A DNA stretch of 49,270 nt from NCBI GenBank assembly GCA_963613305.1, contig CAVDZW010000085.1, forward strand, positions 1 through 49,270, in the 5' to 3' direction. Shown piece after piece: positions 48,293 to 49,270 of this stretch. How positions within the stretch are numbered: position 1 is the stretch's first letter; every line of letters starts with the position of its first letter. The position numbers were made by a program, and so were the translations under genes. The notes beneath the pieces were generated by a model. It was not told where the DNA came from and ran no database searches. It worked only from the letters and a program-made list of their open reading frames with translations. Origin of the DNA: a bacterium. Lineage in GTDB: Bacteria; Actinomycetota; Coriobacteriia; Coriobacteriales; Coriobacteriaceae.

Positions 48293-49270
48293 ATGTCGAG
48301 CGAGCAGGCGCTTGCCACACTCAAAACCTACTTTGGCTATGACTCGTTCCGTCCGGGGCAGGAGCGCATGGTCGAGGCGATTCTTGCCGGGCGTGATGCG
48401 CTCGGCGTGATGCCCACCGGCGCGGGCAAATCTATCTGCTACCAAACGCCGGCGCTCATGGGCGACGGCCTTACGCTCGTGGTGAGCCCGCTCGTTTCGC
48501 TCATGGCCGACCAAACGCGCGCCCTGCTGGCCGCTGGCGCGCGTCCGAGCTACCTCAACTCAACGCTCACGCCCGCCCAGCAGAATACCGTGCTCAAACG
48601 AGCGCGCGAGGGACGCTACCAGATCATGTACGTGGCGCCCGAGCGCCTGCAGGACCCGCGCTTTGTCGAATTTGCCCAAGAGATCGCCTCGCCGGGCGGT
48701 ATCGGTCTGCCCTTTATCTCCGTTGACGAGGCGCATTGCGTGAGCCAGTGGGGCCAGGACTTTAGGCCTGCCTACCTGCAAATCTCCGAATTCATTGAGC
48801 GGTTGCCCGAGCGCCCGGTGCTCGCGGCCTTTACGGCAACCGCTACCGAGCGCGTGCGTGCCGACATTATCGACATGCTGGGGCTCCGCAATCCCGAAAC
48901 CGTGGTGACGGGCTTTGACCGCGCAAACCTCCACTTTGGCGTGGAGGAGATGGGCGACAAGGCAAAGGCCGCCTGGATTCGCGACTATGCCCTCTCGCAC
49001 GCGGACGAGAGCGGCATCGTGTACTGCGCCACGCGCAAGGCGGTCGATGCGCTTGCGAACGAGCTGGGGGAGGCGCTCGGGCCGCGCGGCATCGCGGTAG
49101 GTCGCTATCATGCGGGCATGCCCGACCGCGAGCGCGCCGAGAACCAGGAGGCGTTCATTTCGGATGCCATGCCCGTCATGGTCGCTACCAACGCATTCGG
49201 CATGGGCATCGACAAACCCAACGTGCGCTACGTGATTCACAACAACGTGCCCGAGAGCATCGAGGCCTAC
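48293..49270 (+). CDS. recQ: RecQ DNA helicase (5' part; runs off the window and is absent from the ORF track)
   Basis: Manual translation: MSSEQALATLKTYFGYDSFRPGQE, MPTGAGKSICYQ, VDEAHCVSQWGQDFRP, TATAT, YHAGM, VATNAFGMGIDKPNVR. Confidence 0.95.
   Translation, partial: MSSEQALATLKTYFGYDSFRPGQERMVEAILAGRDALGVMPTGAGKSICYQTPALMGDGLTLVVSPLVSLMADQTRALLAAGARPSYLNSTLTPAQQNTVLKRAREGRYQIMYVAPERLQDPRFVEFAQEIASPGGIGLPFISVDEAHCVSQWGQDFRPAYLQISEFIERLPERPVLAAFTATATERVRADIIDMLGLRNPETVVTGFDRANLHFGVEEMGDKAKAAWIRDYALSHADESGIVYCATRKAVDALANELGEALGPRGIAVGRYHAGMPDRERAENQEAFISDAMPVMVATNAFGMGIDKPNVRYVIHNNVPESIEAY

Overview
High-GC chromosomal window, most likely from a gut Coriobacteriia bacterium such as Collinsella (inferred from gene content and codon style). 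No integrase, transposase, CRISPR array or rRNA is visible. A housekeeping backbone (queT, a glycosyltransferase-LytS/LytTR operon, tRNA-Asp, Rrf2, clusterless MutY, rubrerythrin, rmuC-nth, mfd, threonine aldolase, GNAT, recQ) is interrupted by three catabolic modules. (1) A ~13 kb ureide module: PucR regulator, alpha/beta-hydrolase, fused FdrA-YlbE (AllF-AllG), YlbF/AllH, two atypical DAACS transporters, AllD, a 2-hydroxyacid dehydrogenase and carbamate kinase. It is bracketed by direct repeats of the carbamate kinase 3' end plus terminator and followed by a Tat-exported lipoprotein amidohydrolase. (2) A TreR-like-regulated alpha-glucoside PTS with a GH4 phospho-alpha-glucosidase and four palindromic operators. 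(3) An Amadori-compound (fructose-amino acid) locus with two FrlB-like deglycases, a mannose-class PTS, an EamA transporter, a HAD phosphatase and two GntR regulators. The best candidate for an under-described system is module 1: it has no allantoinase or allantoate steps in the window, and both transporters lack the amino-group-binding Asp. All calls come from reading motifs by eye; no searches were run.
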